Notes: a model not told the origin generated them from the sequence alone. DNA of 64,000 nucleotides from Isurus oxyrinchus (GCA_026770705.1 JANJGN010000052.1:1736001-1800000), one strand, 5' to 3'; counted from the first letter of the stretch, positions 36,236 to 48,646 are shown. A program made the numbers and translations.

Positions 36236-38175
36236 TGTTATCATCCCAGCTGATGTTACTACTGGGCAAGTCAGATCCCAGGGTGGAGCTCAGCTTGATA
36301 GGTCCTAACTTTTATTTTTTATTTAGGAATGTGGAGTGCAGCTACTGAACAGAGTCACAGGAGTCATCTGATGAACTTCTAACTAAAGAATGAAACATTT
36401 ATTAAACTAGGAAAGACAAACTATATTACATTACTCCTTCACCCAGACCTGTACCTTTACAGATTCATAAGTAGAACACAAGTTACAATAGCTATCTTAT
36501 ACTCTCATGTTCACACTAAGTGCACAGTCGATGTAAACCAATAGACAACCTGTGGTCAGGGACACCACATTCTGAAAGAAACTGACAGAACCCACTTGAA
36601 ACAAATGCTATGGCTCCCTCCTCATCAGACCCCAGATGCTTGTTACACTGTGAGCCAACCAGTCTCACTGAATTGAGATATCCATATGAGGGTTTCCAAT
36701 CTCCACTCTCCAAGAACTCGCTTTGGAATCTTCTCCAACATGACACTTTCACTCAGACACCTTCCACAAGGGTCCACTTTCACTATTTCAAACTCTCCTT
36801 CCCATGTTCCTGTTCCCTGGATCGCCACGTGCATTCAGCCTTCCTTCCACGCCCTGTCTCTCCAATGCTCAGCAATGTCAATGGAATACCATGGCTTCAC
36901 ATGGCCGTAGTAATGAGTCACCAACCTGTGGTGTCTCCTAGGATTGTCTGGCTTCTCGCAAGCCTATTTTGCTTTAGGTCTGTGTCCTGCTGCTTTCTCC
37001 CTTTATGTTTGGAGCCTTCTTCTGCTCCTCACTCGTAACTTCACTTAAGAGGTCCTTTTACAGATTTGACTAGAAGGTCTTCTTGGGCCCTTTCTCCTGT
37101 TCCACTCGATGATTTTGGCTTCATCTTTACTTTGGGACTGACTATCTGTCCCGCTCCTTTGCTGCTTCTCCTGGCAACTCCTTTCAACAGAACTGAAAAT
37201 ACTTTTCTGTTTTTCTTTGTCTCTGTGGGTCTTTCCCTCTTGACCACTGTTACTAGGCAACAGCACAGTTTCTTCTACCTTGTGTTTGTTTTGACTTCCC
37301 TTCAAGAGTCATAAAAACTCATTAGATAGGCGGCTTCTTCCAAAGTGAAACCAAAACTCAGGTTCCCCCTTTTCAAAACACCCAAATACAGAAATACAAA
37401 CTAAACTTGAACTGAAAGATATACCTTATGCCTAACGCACACAAATACACAGAGAACTTCCTTTAGCCAAGCCCAACTCCTAAAAATCACATGACACACT
37501 TCCCCTCGAGTGATGTCATGCTGCTGTCCCTGAAAGGCATATTACAACAGTGTTATCACTTGGCAGGTGATGTGACCCAGGCAGACCAAGTCCATGAGAG
37601 AAAGGTGGTCACACGATCATAAAGATTTTTGATTTTTTTTATTTATTATGAGATGTGTGCACTGAATTCAGAAGCAATAAGTCCATAAAGACCTTTAGAG
37701 ATTTAAATAAATAAATTAAATATTTGCCATCAAAATAAAAGATTTCAAGCACATACATAAGACTACAATGACTGCTATAATAACTCCTAAAATTCCTAAT
37801 TAACCTGACTCCCAGTTACACTCCCTTTAAGGCAACAGACCAAAAATAGATGTTAGATTTAAAACAAACTCAGCAAGTTAACCCAATGCCCTGGACAGTG
37901 GAATTCCAAATGGATTTTCCCCAACTTCAGTTCTGTTGGATAGCAGGCTTGTGCACAAAATGGGTCCTGAGGACCATGAGCTAATGTAGAATGACCTTGT
38001 CCACTCCTGTTTCCAGGATTCTCTCCCATCCATTGTGAAACCTTGGGGAGTTCCATGTGTGTCCCGTAGATGGTCCACACTGCAGCCACTGTGCCCCAGT
38101 GATGGAGGGGGCGGATATCGAGCCTAGTGTATCTACAAACCATCCAGAGTTAAATATTGATAGTTCTCTCTCCAG

Positions 38176-38562
38176 TTGGACTGTCACAAGAGTGGAAAGG
38201 TGACACTCCATGAGAGGTGACAGCGCAGGAAGGTTCGTGTGTACAGATTCCATGTCATTACAGTTATCCAGCACTTCTAGTAGGGAGAGCACGTGTCGGA
38301 ATCTGGTATGTGAAATGGTACACATGGAATACATGGAATACAAGGTCTAGAGGGACCATAGCATTTCACTCCAAGGATCACAGTCGCGAGTTACCACAGT
38401 TCCACCATCGGACCCGGCTGTCTGGCGACCTGAAAGATGACGACTGTTCCCTGATTATAAACAACATCAGACAGGAAGATGCAGGATATTATTATTTCAG
38501 AATAGAATTTGACAATGGTCCGAGCCATAATTATTACCCTGAAACCCAGCTTCACGTTTCTG
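38176..38562 (+). pseudogene. Gene B V-set exon V1 with nonsense codon (CGA>TGA at 38211-38213)
   Basis: 387-nt phase 1-1 exon, VGLSQEWKGDTP*EVTAQEGSC...YYYFRIEFD; the four paralogous V exons have CGA (Arg) at this codon. Confidence 0.88.
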
Positions 38563-38839
38563 GTAAGTGCTGTGTTATAATTACTCAACAATTCACATCC
38601 AACACTCAATGGGAAATAATAGTGTTTGATTTGCTTGTTTTTTGGCCATGTTAACCAGCGTCACTATTTTTAATGATTTGTCTATTTCTGCTCCCAGATC
38701 CATGAGCTTATTGTGTGTGATTGAATCCACATCATAGCTGTAACGTAAACCGAGCTGAGGGGTGATGACACCTCCCCCCCGAGTGAAGTGTCTCCTCCCC
38801 ACTACACCTTCCACCCCTCACACTGTCCATGTAAACCCC

Positions 38840-39790
38840 CGTCCCATCTCCAGCCTCTCTTTCCTCTCCAAAGTCCTTGAACGTGTTTCCATCTCCCGAA
38901 TCCATTCCCATCTTTCCCGGAACTCCATGTTTGAATCCCTCCAGTCAGGTTCCCACCCCAGCCACTGTGCTGAAACAGCTCTTATCATGGTCACAAATGG
39001 CATCCTGTGTGACTGTGACAAAGGTCAACTTTCCCTCCTCGTCCTTCTCGATCTGTCTGCAGCCTTTGACACGCTCGACCACACCATCCTCCTCCAACAC
39101 CTCTCCACTGTCGTCCAGCTGGCTGGGACTGCTCTCCCCTGGCTCCATTCTTATCCATCTCATCGTAGCCAGAGAATCACTTGCAATGGCTTTGCAGCAT
39201 CATCTGAACAGTGTTAGTTTTCACCTGTCCACTGAGGATCCCCAGCTCTACCTCACCACCACCTCTCTCGACTCCTCCACTGCTGCTAAATTATCAGGCT
39301 GCTTATCCGACATCCAGTACTGGATGGGCAGAAATTCCCTCCAATTAAATATTGGAAAGACTGAAGCCATTGTCTTCATTCCCCGCTCCAAACTCTGTTC
39401 CCTCGCTACCAACTCCATTCCTCTCCCTGACAGGTCTCTGAGATTGAAGCCAATCTGTTCACAGCTTTGTTGTCCCATTTGATCCTGAGATGAGCTTCCG
39501 GCCTCATATCTGCGCCCTCACTAACACCGTCTATTTCCCCCTCCGTAACATCGCACGACATCACCCTGTCTCAGCTCATCTGCTGCTGAAACCCTCATCC
39601 ACACCTTCATTACCTCCAGACTCGACTGTTCCAACACACGCTCTACACTCCATAAACTTGAGGCCATCCAAAACTGCTGACCACGTCCTTACTCACACCA
39701 AGTCCCATTCCCTTATCACCCGCTCTGCTCGATGACCGAGACTGGCTCCTGGTCAAGCAAAGTCTCAATGTCCAAATTTTCATCTTTGTT
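38840..39790 (+). mobile_element. L2-like LINE RT fragment (mirror copy)
   Basis: LLVLLDLSAAFDTLDH motif; reverse complement of 13440-14390. Confidence 0.85.
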
Positions 39791-40984
39791 TCCTCACTAT
39801 CTCTGTAAACTCCTCGTTCCTCCTCCAGTACCTACAACCATCCCATTCTCTGTAACCTCTTCAAGCCTCTGCTGCTTCCCTATATCTGTAAAATCATCCT
39901 GCACAACAAACCTACCAATCTCTGCAACCTCCTCCAGCCACTACAAACCTCCCTAGCTCTGCAAACTCCTCCATACCCTACACTCTCCCAATCTCTCTTA
40001 AATTTTCCAGCCCATACAACCCTCCCTATCTCTGTAACTCCTCCAATGACTACAACCTTCCTTCTCTCTGTAACCTCCTCCAGCCCCTCCAACCCTCTGA
40101 GGTCTCTGCTCTCCTCCAATTCCAGCCTCTTGACCATCCCCCGGTCCCATCACTCCAACATCGGCGGCCGTGCCTTCAGCTGCCTGGGACCCGAGCTCTG
40201 TAATACCCTCCCTCAACCCCTCTCCGTCCCTCTCTCTCACTCTCTCTATCACTCGGTCTCTCTCTCACTATCCATTTCATCCCCCTTTGAAGATTCTCCA
40301 TAACACCGACCTCTTCTGGTCAGCTGTCGCTAATATCTCCACATGTGTCTGGGTGACATACTTTGTTTTATGACGCTCCTGTGTAGCACCTTGGGGTGAT
40401 TTGTCATGTTAAAGTTGTTGTGAAAATATAAGTTGTTGCCCTTTGACTCTCGACCCCAGATCGAGTCTTATTTTTGAGGGAATGTACAACCTCCTTAGAT
40501 TTCTGACCAAAGTGTCATTTGATTATTTTTATTGAGCGAATGCCAAGCCCCGATACCGAGTGAGAGCCTCCTCATTTGCTGAGTTTAAGGTGATGAGTCA
40601 GCCCCTTAGTCCATAGAGGGGATTCTCCTCGGTAATGTACAGCCTTGTTTGTGTCTCTCCACAAGCGCATGAGGGATTTGTACAGAGGCTGCAGCGCTGG
40701 AGGGGGTCTGCACAGGGGTCCTGGCCTGTCCTGAGCTGGTTTTAGCAAGGACCACTCTGGCCTTGGCAGCTGAAAGCCAGCCATTGGACAGACGGGGCCT
40801 GTCACAAGGAGCCTGTTAGTCACTCCCCCCCGTGTCTCCTGTGCTCGGATCCAGACCATGTTGGCTGGTGGATCTGGCTCAGGAAGGGTCCTCCCCATGG
40901 GACCCCCAGATGGAAGGTGGGCCGAGCGGGTCATTCACTTGCATGTTTATTCTGCAGCTTTAATATTTTAAGAAGGTAAGAATG

Positions 40985-41810
40985 TAGGAACATAAGAAAT
41001 AGGAACAGGAGCAGGCCATTCGGCCCCTCGAGCCTGCTCTCACTGATCTGGTTGTGGCCTTAACTCCATTTTCCTGCCTGTCCCACAAACCCTTGACTCC
41101 CTTGTCGATCAAAAACCTGCCTCACTCAGCCTTGAGTCTATTCAATGGCCCAGCCTCCACTGCTCTCTGGGGAAGAGAATTCCACAGGCTAGCGCCCCTC
41201 TGAGAGAGGAAATTCCTCCTCATCTCAGTCTTAAATGGGAGAGCACTCATTCCGAAACTGTGCTCCCTGGTTCTAGATTCCCCCACGAGGGGGAAACATC
41301 CTCCCAGCATCCACCCTGTCAAGCCCCCTCGGAATCGGATATGTTTCAATAAGGCCACCCCTCATTCTTCTAAACTCCAATGGATACAGGCCCAACCTGC
41401 TCACCATTTCCTCACAGGACAAACCCTTTAATCCCAGGAATCAGCCCAGTGCACCTCCTCTGAACTGCCTCCAATGCAGAGTCTATCCCTCCCTAAGTAA
41501 GGAGACCAGAACTGTACACACTGCTCCTGATACAATCGCACCCTGTGCAGCTGTTGCAAGACTTCCCTCCTTTTATACTCCATCCCTTTGCAATAAAGGC
41601 CAACATTCCACTTGCCTTCCTCATTCCGTGCTGTTCCTGAATGCTGACTTTCTGTGATTCATGTACCAGGACACCCAGATCCCTCTGTACTGCATTCTGC
41701 AGCCTGTCTCCATTTAAATAATATCCTGTTTTTCTATTCATCCTGACAATATAATTTGTTGCCATTCTCCTCAGTATTGACCATCCCCCCAATTCAGCCT
41801 CATCTGTAAA
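40985..41810 (-). mobile_element. CR1 LINE 3' fragment (mirror copy)
   Basis: Reverse complement of 11570-12400. Confidence 0.85.
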
Positions 41811-41870
41811 TATCGGGTTCAGTGGATCCACAAACCATTCAGAGTTAAATATTGATATTTCTCTCCCCAG

Positions 41871-42236
41871 ATGAACCCTCACAAGAGTGGAAAGGTGACA
41901 TTCCACGAGAGGTGACAGTGCAGGAAGGTTCGTGTGTACAGATTCCGTGTCATTACAGTTATCCATCGTGTCTGGAAAACCAACCGCGAGGTGGAGTCTG
42001 GTTTAATAATGAGGAACGGGAAACATCGTCTATAGCCTTTCACTCCAAGGATCACAGTCACGAGTTACCACGGTTCCACCATCGGACCCGACTGTCTGGA
42101 GACCTGAAAGATGGCGACTGTTCTCTGATTATAAACAACATCACACGGGAAGATGCAGGACCTTATTATTTCAGAATAGAATTTGACAGCAGTAATAGTT
42201 ACAACTACTATCCTGTAACCCAGCTTCACATTTCTG
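41871..42236 (+). CDS. Gene B Siglec V-set exon V2 (essential Arg present, YYFRIE)
   Basis: 366-nt open phase 1-1 exon flanked by AG/GT. Confidence 0.93.
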
Positions 42237-42607
42237 GTAAGTGCTGTGTTATAATTACTCAACAATTCACATTCAACACTCAATGGGAAATAACACAAAC
42301 TGTGACGTTTACATATTAACACAAAACACAGCTTATTATAACACACTGTCTGATTGTCAATAACCTGGTGATAGCTTCCAGTTCAGTCCTAAAGCAACCT
42401 CTAATACTCACTTTAATATCAATGATTAAATATATTCCACTTCCATTGATCACTCTAATTGTGTCTAACAGTCTATCAGTATCGTTGAAACATCTCAGTT
42501 CTGATATCATCCTTGTAAAAGTGCTTTCTCTTGTGGGTCTGTGGTTTCTATTTGAGCTGACGCTTCATGTTATATTTCCCTAAAAGGATTCATTCTCTGT
42601 CTGTTAG

Positions 42608-42904
42608 ATTTCACAGATAAACCCACGATATTCCCTGCTGAAATTATTGCAGGGAAGCGTGTGGATGTAAGCTGCACCTTCAACACAACGTGCAATGGAA
42701 CAGCAGCACCTGTCTTAACCTGGGACATTCCCACTGACGTACCTGGATCAGTCTCAAACACTGTAACTCAGCATGCTGTCACTCTGACCTATACTTCTGT
42801 TCTGACCCTGATCCCATCACTCAAACACCACGGACACAATCTCAGCTGCAGAGTGAGATATCCATCTGTTTCATCGGAGCGGACCCTCGTACTAACTGTG
42901 CAAG
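42608..42904 (+). CDS. Gene B Siglec C2-set exon
   Basis: 297 nt, open; DFTDKPTIFP...VSCTFNTTCNGTAAPVLTW...LSCRVRYP...LTVQ. Confidence 0.92.
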
Positions 42905-43064
42905 GTAAGTACAGACATCCTTTATTCTACATTGGCCATTATAGTCCACACGCTACACAGTAAAAACCCATAAAATACAGTTTGTTTAACAACAGATCAT
43001 CTGCTTTTATTGATAAAAATTCACCTCTGACATTGCAGAGCTCCCTTCCTACTGACCCCCCGAC

Positions 43065-44300
43065 NNNNNNNNNNNNNNNNNNNNNNNNNNNNNNNNNNNN
43101 NNNNNNNNNNNNNNNNNNNNNNNNNNNNNNNNNNNNNNNNNNNNNNNNNNNNNNNNNNNNNNNNNNNNNNNNNNNNNNNNNNNNNNNNNNNNNNNNNNNN
43201 NNNNNNNNNNNNNNNNNNNACATACGCACACACATACACAGATGCACACACACAGACAGAGATACACATAGATGCACACACAGAGACACATACACACCGA
43301 TGCNNNNNNNNNNNNNNNNNNNNNNNNNNNNNNNNNNNNNNNNNNNNNNNNNNNNNNNNNNNNNNNNNNNNNNNNNNNNNNNNNNNNNNNNNNNNNNNNN
43401 NNNNNNNNNNNNNNNNNNNNNNNNNNNNNNNNNNNNNNNNNNNNNNNNNNNNNNNNNNNNNNNNNNNNNNNNNNNNNNNNNNNNNNNNNNNNNNNNNNNN
43501 NNNNNNNNNNNNNNNNNNNNNNNNNNNNNNNNNNNNNNNNNNNNNNNNNNNACTAACACAGACACACACACGCACACACACATACAGACACACACACACA
43601 GACATACGCACACAGACAGACACACACACATAGACACACACAAACATCCACATCGACAAACACAAACACACACACACACAGACATATGCACACACACACA
43701 CACACACAGATGCACTCACACAGACAGAGACACACATAGTTGCACACACAGAGACANNNNNNNNNNNNNNNNNNNNNNNNNNNNNNNNNNNNNNNNNNNN
43801 NNNNNNNNNNNNNNNNNNNNNNNNNNNNNNNNNNNNNNNNNNNNNNNNNNNNNNNNNNNNNNNNNNNNNNNNNNNNNNNNNNNNNNNNNNNNNNNNNNNN
43901 NNNNNNNNNNNNNNNNNNNNNNNNNNNNNNNNNNNNNNNNNNNNNNNNNNNNNNNNNNNNNNNNNNNNNNNNNNNNNNNNNNNNNNNNNNNNNNNNNNNN
44001 NNNNNNNNNNNNNNNNNNNNNNNNNNNNNNNNNNNNNNNNNNNNNNNNNNNNNNNNNNNNNNNNNNNNNNNNNNNNNNNNNNNNNNNNNNNNNNNNNNNN
44101 NGCAGACACACACACACACATACAGACACACACACACAGACATACGCACACACACAGACACACACACACATCCACATCGACTAACACAGACACACACACA
44201 GGAATACGCACACACACAGACACACACACACAGAGACACACAAACATCCACATACACAAACACAGACACATACACACACACACAAACATACGCACACACA
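43065..44300. repeat. (CA)n-rich simple repeat containing three runs of N
   Basis: Directly visible; the N runs could hide sequence. Confidence 0.9.
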
Positions 44301-45377
44301 GTTCCTGATCTCTCAGTTCCGCACTGGATCACTCTGGATCACTGTCCTGGTTTTTGGGCTGTGTTGAAACATTCAGTTTGGACTCTCTTTAAAACCGATC
44401 TCTTTGACAAAGCTTTTGGTGAAACAAACATACGAACACAGGAATGAGGAGCAGCAGGAGGCCACTCAGCCCCTCGAGCCTGTTCCACCTTTCCATAAGG
44501 TCATGGATGATCTGATTGTAACCTCAACCCCACATTCCCTGCTCACCCTTGATGACCTTTCACCCCTTTGTGAATCAAGAACTTATCAAGCTTCACCTTA
44601 TTCTCCCTGTCAAAATGGACAATTTCATCTTTTCCCACGTTATACACTATTTGCCAGATTTTGCCCATTCACTTAAAACTCTGTGTCACTTTGTAGGCTC
44701 CTTATGTCCCCTTCACAAGGTCATCTGTCCCTAACATCACCTCAGCTGACTCAGGGTCTAGACAGGTTTTAGTCAACAGTGAACAGGCAGAAATTGGAGT
44801 TTGATTAATAACCAAATATTTCATTGATAAAATTATCAATAATTGTTACATTGAAAAGGGTGACCTGTATTTATTGAATGATCAGATTGTCCCAAAACAC
44901 TTTACAGTCAATGAGATATATTTGAAGCAATGTCATGTTGTAATGTAGGAAATACGGCACCAAAATGTGCACAGCAAGATCCCACACAAGGTGACAGTGA
45001 TCTGATAATGGATTATTTTAGTGAGGTTGGTTGATACGTATATAGAAATCACATGTATAGGGTGGGTCACTAATGTCCATTTAGTGAGGAAAACCTGTCC
45101 ATTTTAACAGGTCTGGGTGTATATGTGACTCCAGTCTGTAACACCAACATGGTTAACTCTTACCTGCCCTCTGAACTGGTCTCCCAGTTTGGGACAAACC
45201 AGTGGTTCAGGAGGAAGACCCCCCACCACCTTCTCAAGGGGAAACTAGGGATGGACAATAAATGTCAGCATTGCCCGAGAATGAGTATTTAAACACTGAG
45301 TGAGTGTATCGCTTCTCGAGATACATCGGAGCATCATTGTAAACCTGTAGTGCAGTAATTAATGGCTGTTTTTACAG

Positions 45378-45474
45378 GTAGAGACTCCAGTAAATGGACA
45401 GTAGGATTGTTCACGGCTGGGATCATGTTGAGTGTTTTACTGGCTGGAATCTTCATCTTCATCTGTGTGAGAAA
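45378..45474 (+). CDS. Gene B TM exon: GRDSSKWTVGLFTAGIMLSVLLAGIFIFICVRK
   Basis: Acceptor tttttacag; phase 1 to phase 2; uncharged hydrophobic helix followed by a basic stop-transfer; GTAAGT donor. Confidence 0.88.
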
Positions 45475-45989
45475 GTAAGTCTGAAGATTTAACTTGATTT
45501 TAATATAAACATTTGCTTCAATGCTCTTTCCTTAAGTCGGTGATTGTTTCCCTTGGGATCAGCACCAGGTCCCTCTCTGTAAGTGATCCCTCTGTCCACT
45601 ATGATCCGGAGAGAATCTTTCATTGTCCTGTATCCAGGTAAACAATCACGAGACCCAGAGATTCCTCACTCTGCACGATTACTCCTGGATTGTATCAGGT
45701 CACCTTGTGATTCCACACAAGCGGAGTGACCACACCCCGATGATTGGTTCATTCACCGGGAACGGCTTTGCAATGTTTCAGGGACTTGAATAAGTAACTG
45801 CACATTCCCACGTTGTATCTGCCTCTCTCTGATTTAGATTCACAGGGATGATATCAGAACTGAGAGGTTATAACCATCACAAGGATTGAACAGTCTGGGT
45901 AGTGGGACTAACTGGACAGTTTTTACAAAGGGCCAGCACAGGCACGATGGGCTGAGTGGCTTCTTCCTAAGAAGATTTTAAATCCCTTC

Positions 45990-46443
45990 ATCGAATGTGG
46001 TTGTCACTGGTGAGGCCGCTATTAATTGCCCATCCCTAATTGCCCCTTGAGAAGGTGGTGGTGGGCTGCCTTCTTGACCCGCTGCAGTCCATGTGGTGTA
46101 GGTACACCCACAGTGCTGTTCAAGAGGGAGTTCCAGGAGTTTGACCTAGCGACAGTGAAGGAACGGTGATATATTTCCAAGTCAGGATGGTGAGTGACTT
46201 GGAGGGGAACTTCCAGGTGGTGGTGTTCCCATGTGTCTGCTGCCCTTGTCCTTCTAGATGGTAGAGGTCGCGCGTTTGGAAGGTGCTGTTGAAGGAGCCT
46301 TGCTGAGTTGCCGCAGTGCATCTTGTAGATGGTACACACACTGCTTCCACTGTGTGTTCATGGTGGAGGGAGTGAATGTTTAATGTGGTGGATGGGGTGT
46401 GGATCAATCGAGCTGCTTTGTCCTGGATGGTGTCGAGCTTCTT
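45990..46443 (-). mobile_element. LINE 3' fragment
   Basis: WNSLLNSTVGVPTPHGLQRVKKAAHHHLLKG C-terminus; same family as 50145-50890. Confidence 0.8.
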
Positions 46444-46577
46444 AATTCTGTGCTTTGTGCAGAAGTGATTTAAAGAGACAGTCCAGTCGTTGGTGTAAGG
46501 TTACAGAGGGCTCTGTGTCTGTGCTGCACTGACTCTCTGCTATATGATAACCACAGTGTGATATTGTGTTATTGCAG

Positions 46578-46659
46578 GAGAAAGACAGTGACGGAGGAGA
46601 GAGTTTCAGGGACCAGTGACATTGCATTGACCCCCAGTCCACTCTCTGTGAAACACCAG
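46578..46659 (+). CDS. Gene B cytoplasmic exon 1: (K)RKTVTEERVSGTSDIALTPSPLSVKHQ
   Basis: Acceptor ttattgcag; phase 2 to phase 0 links the TM exon and the terminal exon in frame. Confidence 0.8.
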
Positions 46660-46794
46660 GTACAGGAGCTGTTTACACTCACTCCCAAGCTTCAATCTCA
46701 GTGTGTAGACAACACATGTCCCAGATTCCCAGCCCAGTTACCCACTGATTTGTACCTGTGGAGTCAGCAATGGTTCAGTATCGTGCTGTCTCTC

Positions 46795-47551
46795 TGTTAT
46801 AACACAGCAACTGGTAAAGGCTGTTGTTAGAAATCCCAGAGGGAAACTTTAAATAACTGTCATAACCTATATTTCCCAGTGGAATGTGTGAGATGCAGCT
46901 CTAAATTCAGGAATAAGACCATCAGTTCTCGAGATGGGTTCATATCAAACTACATGAGACATTTATTAATTTACACAAGTTAAACATATGCACATGGCTA
47001 AAAACTAGTATTATCATAACTTTAACAAATTCCCAAACTAACCTCCTCTAAGACAACCCATAGACTTTAAGCAGACACCCAGGCAAAGCATTTTCACCTC
47101 ACAAATTCCAAATGAGGTTCCTTTCACTTTGGTTCCTTTGCAGACAGGTGTAGGATTACAGCTGCTTTGATGTTACAAGCCTCTGCTCTGCACACACAAA
47201 ACTGCTCAAGTTATACCCAGCACTTCTATTTGAATGTAAATTCTCATTGTATCATCAGGACCTTTGAACTCCAAATCTTCTAACAATAAATCCCCTTTCA
47301 TTGTCTCAATTTTATTAGTAATATAAATGTTGATTGGTTTAACATTTCGCCCCCAGACATTGAATGCTCTATTTAAAAATGCAAATTACCACTTTACCTC
47401 TTTGTTTACATCTCAAGACTACTAGACATCCAAGTACCCAGACTGGCTGGCTTTAGTCCAATTAAAACACACACAAACACACCCACAGACTGAACTTCTG
47501 TCTAAATAGACAATTTCCAATTACATTACATACATTAATAGATTCATAACA
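46795..47551 (-). mobile_element. Solo LTR-like element
   Basis: tgttat...ataaca inverted ends; related copy at 52570-53394 (shared ggaataagacca, aaatcccagagggaaa, aattaa.acacac). Confidence 0.6.
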
Positions 47552-47679
47552 CTCTGTCTCTGTCCCTTCATCTCTATCCCTCTCTCTCATCCTCTCTCTG
47601 ATTACAAGGTTCATGTTATTGAGCCTCACACCAGGCACCTGTGTGCAGAATCCAAGCCGTCACTCGCCAGAGCCATTAC

Positions 47680-48058
47680 CGAGGGAGTGCGGGACTGACA
47701 GAGGGTCAGTACTGAAGGAGTGCTGCACTGCCGGAGTGTCAGTACTGAGGGAGTACTGCACTGCCGGAGGGTCAGTACTGAGGGAGTGCTGCACTGTCGG
47801 AGGGTCAGTACTGAGGGAGTGCTGCACTGCCGGAGGGTCAGTACCAAGGGAGCGCTGCACTGTCGGAGGGTCAGTACTGAGGAAGTGCTGCACAGTCGGA
47901 GGGTCAGTACTGAGGGAGTGCTGCACAGTCGGAGGGTCAGTACTGAGGGAGCACTGCACTGTCGGAGGGTCAGTACTGAGGGAGCACTGCGCTGTCGGAG
48001 GGTCAGTACTGAGGGAGTGCTGCACTGTCGGAGGGTCAGTACTGAGGGAGCACTGCAC
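47680..48058. repeat. 33-bp minisatellite
   Basis: About 11 units in the last intron of gene B. Confidence 0.95.
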
Positions 48059-48206
48059 ATGCCTTAGGTGGTTTCTATCATAAGACATGGGAGAGAGAGT
48101 TAAACCCACTGAGACACGACTGACACTAACCAGGCTGCACAATAATTTAACCCTATCAGTGCCAGTAAATGATGTGAGGATGTCTTCTGTTTCCATTTCT
48201 CTGTAG

Positions 48207-48455
48207 GGTAAACAGAACATGCTGATTACTGAGCCCCGGAACACAACCAGAGACACAACTAGCGAGGGGGAGACCCCAGCTCCCCGGGGTCTCTCTGAAG
48301 GTCCAGTGGGAGGCGATGCTGGACATGGGAACGCTGACAATCCCGACGAGCTTCTCTACGCCAATCCCCAAGTCTTCAGGGTGCCCAGTGGTGATGGGAC
48401 TGTCCACAGGGAAGAGGAGACGGAATACGCACAGATCAGATTCAAGCGAAACTGA
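48207..48455 (+). CDS. Gene B terminal cytoplasmic exon with Tyr motifs ELLYANP and TEYAQI
   Basis: Acceptor tttctctgtag; phase 0; GKQNMLITE...DELLYANPQ...EETEYAQIRFKRN*; resembles CD33-related Siglec and L-MAG tails. Confidence 0.88.
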   Translation, partial: GKQNMLITEPRNTTRDTTSEGETPAPRGLSEGPVGGDAGHGNADNPDELLYANPQVFRVPSGDGTVHREEETEYAQIRFKRN

Positions 48456-48646
48456 GTGTGAAACGGGGAGTGGGGGTGAGGAGGTTGGGGGCAGGGATTA
48501 TGATTCCTTGGAACATGAGACAACCCACTGGGGGAGAGGGGGAGAGAGGGAGGAAGGGACTGAATGGGTCTGTGGTTGGTGTGATTTGGAATGAAATGTT
48601 TCCCCAGTGATGACTTGATGCTGAGTCATTGGGGACAGAGATTCAG

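Noticed and set aside
42939-44447. Long ORFs spanning the N runs
   Set aside because: Artefacts of CA repeats and Ns. The gaps could still hide an additional Ig exon of gene B, so its domain count is provisional.
46615-46650. LTPSPL as a decayed ITIM (LxYxxL with Tyr replaced by Pro)
   Set aside because: No paralogous exon in the window shows a Tyr at this position, so it is unsupported.
32831-48455. Assigning the symbol MAG, CD22 or CD33
   Set aside because: It lacks the conserved MAG V-domain sequence and has too few Ig domains for MAG or CD22. Orthology cannot be set without a phylogeny.
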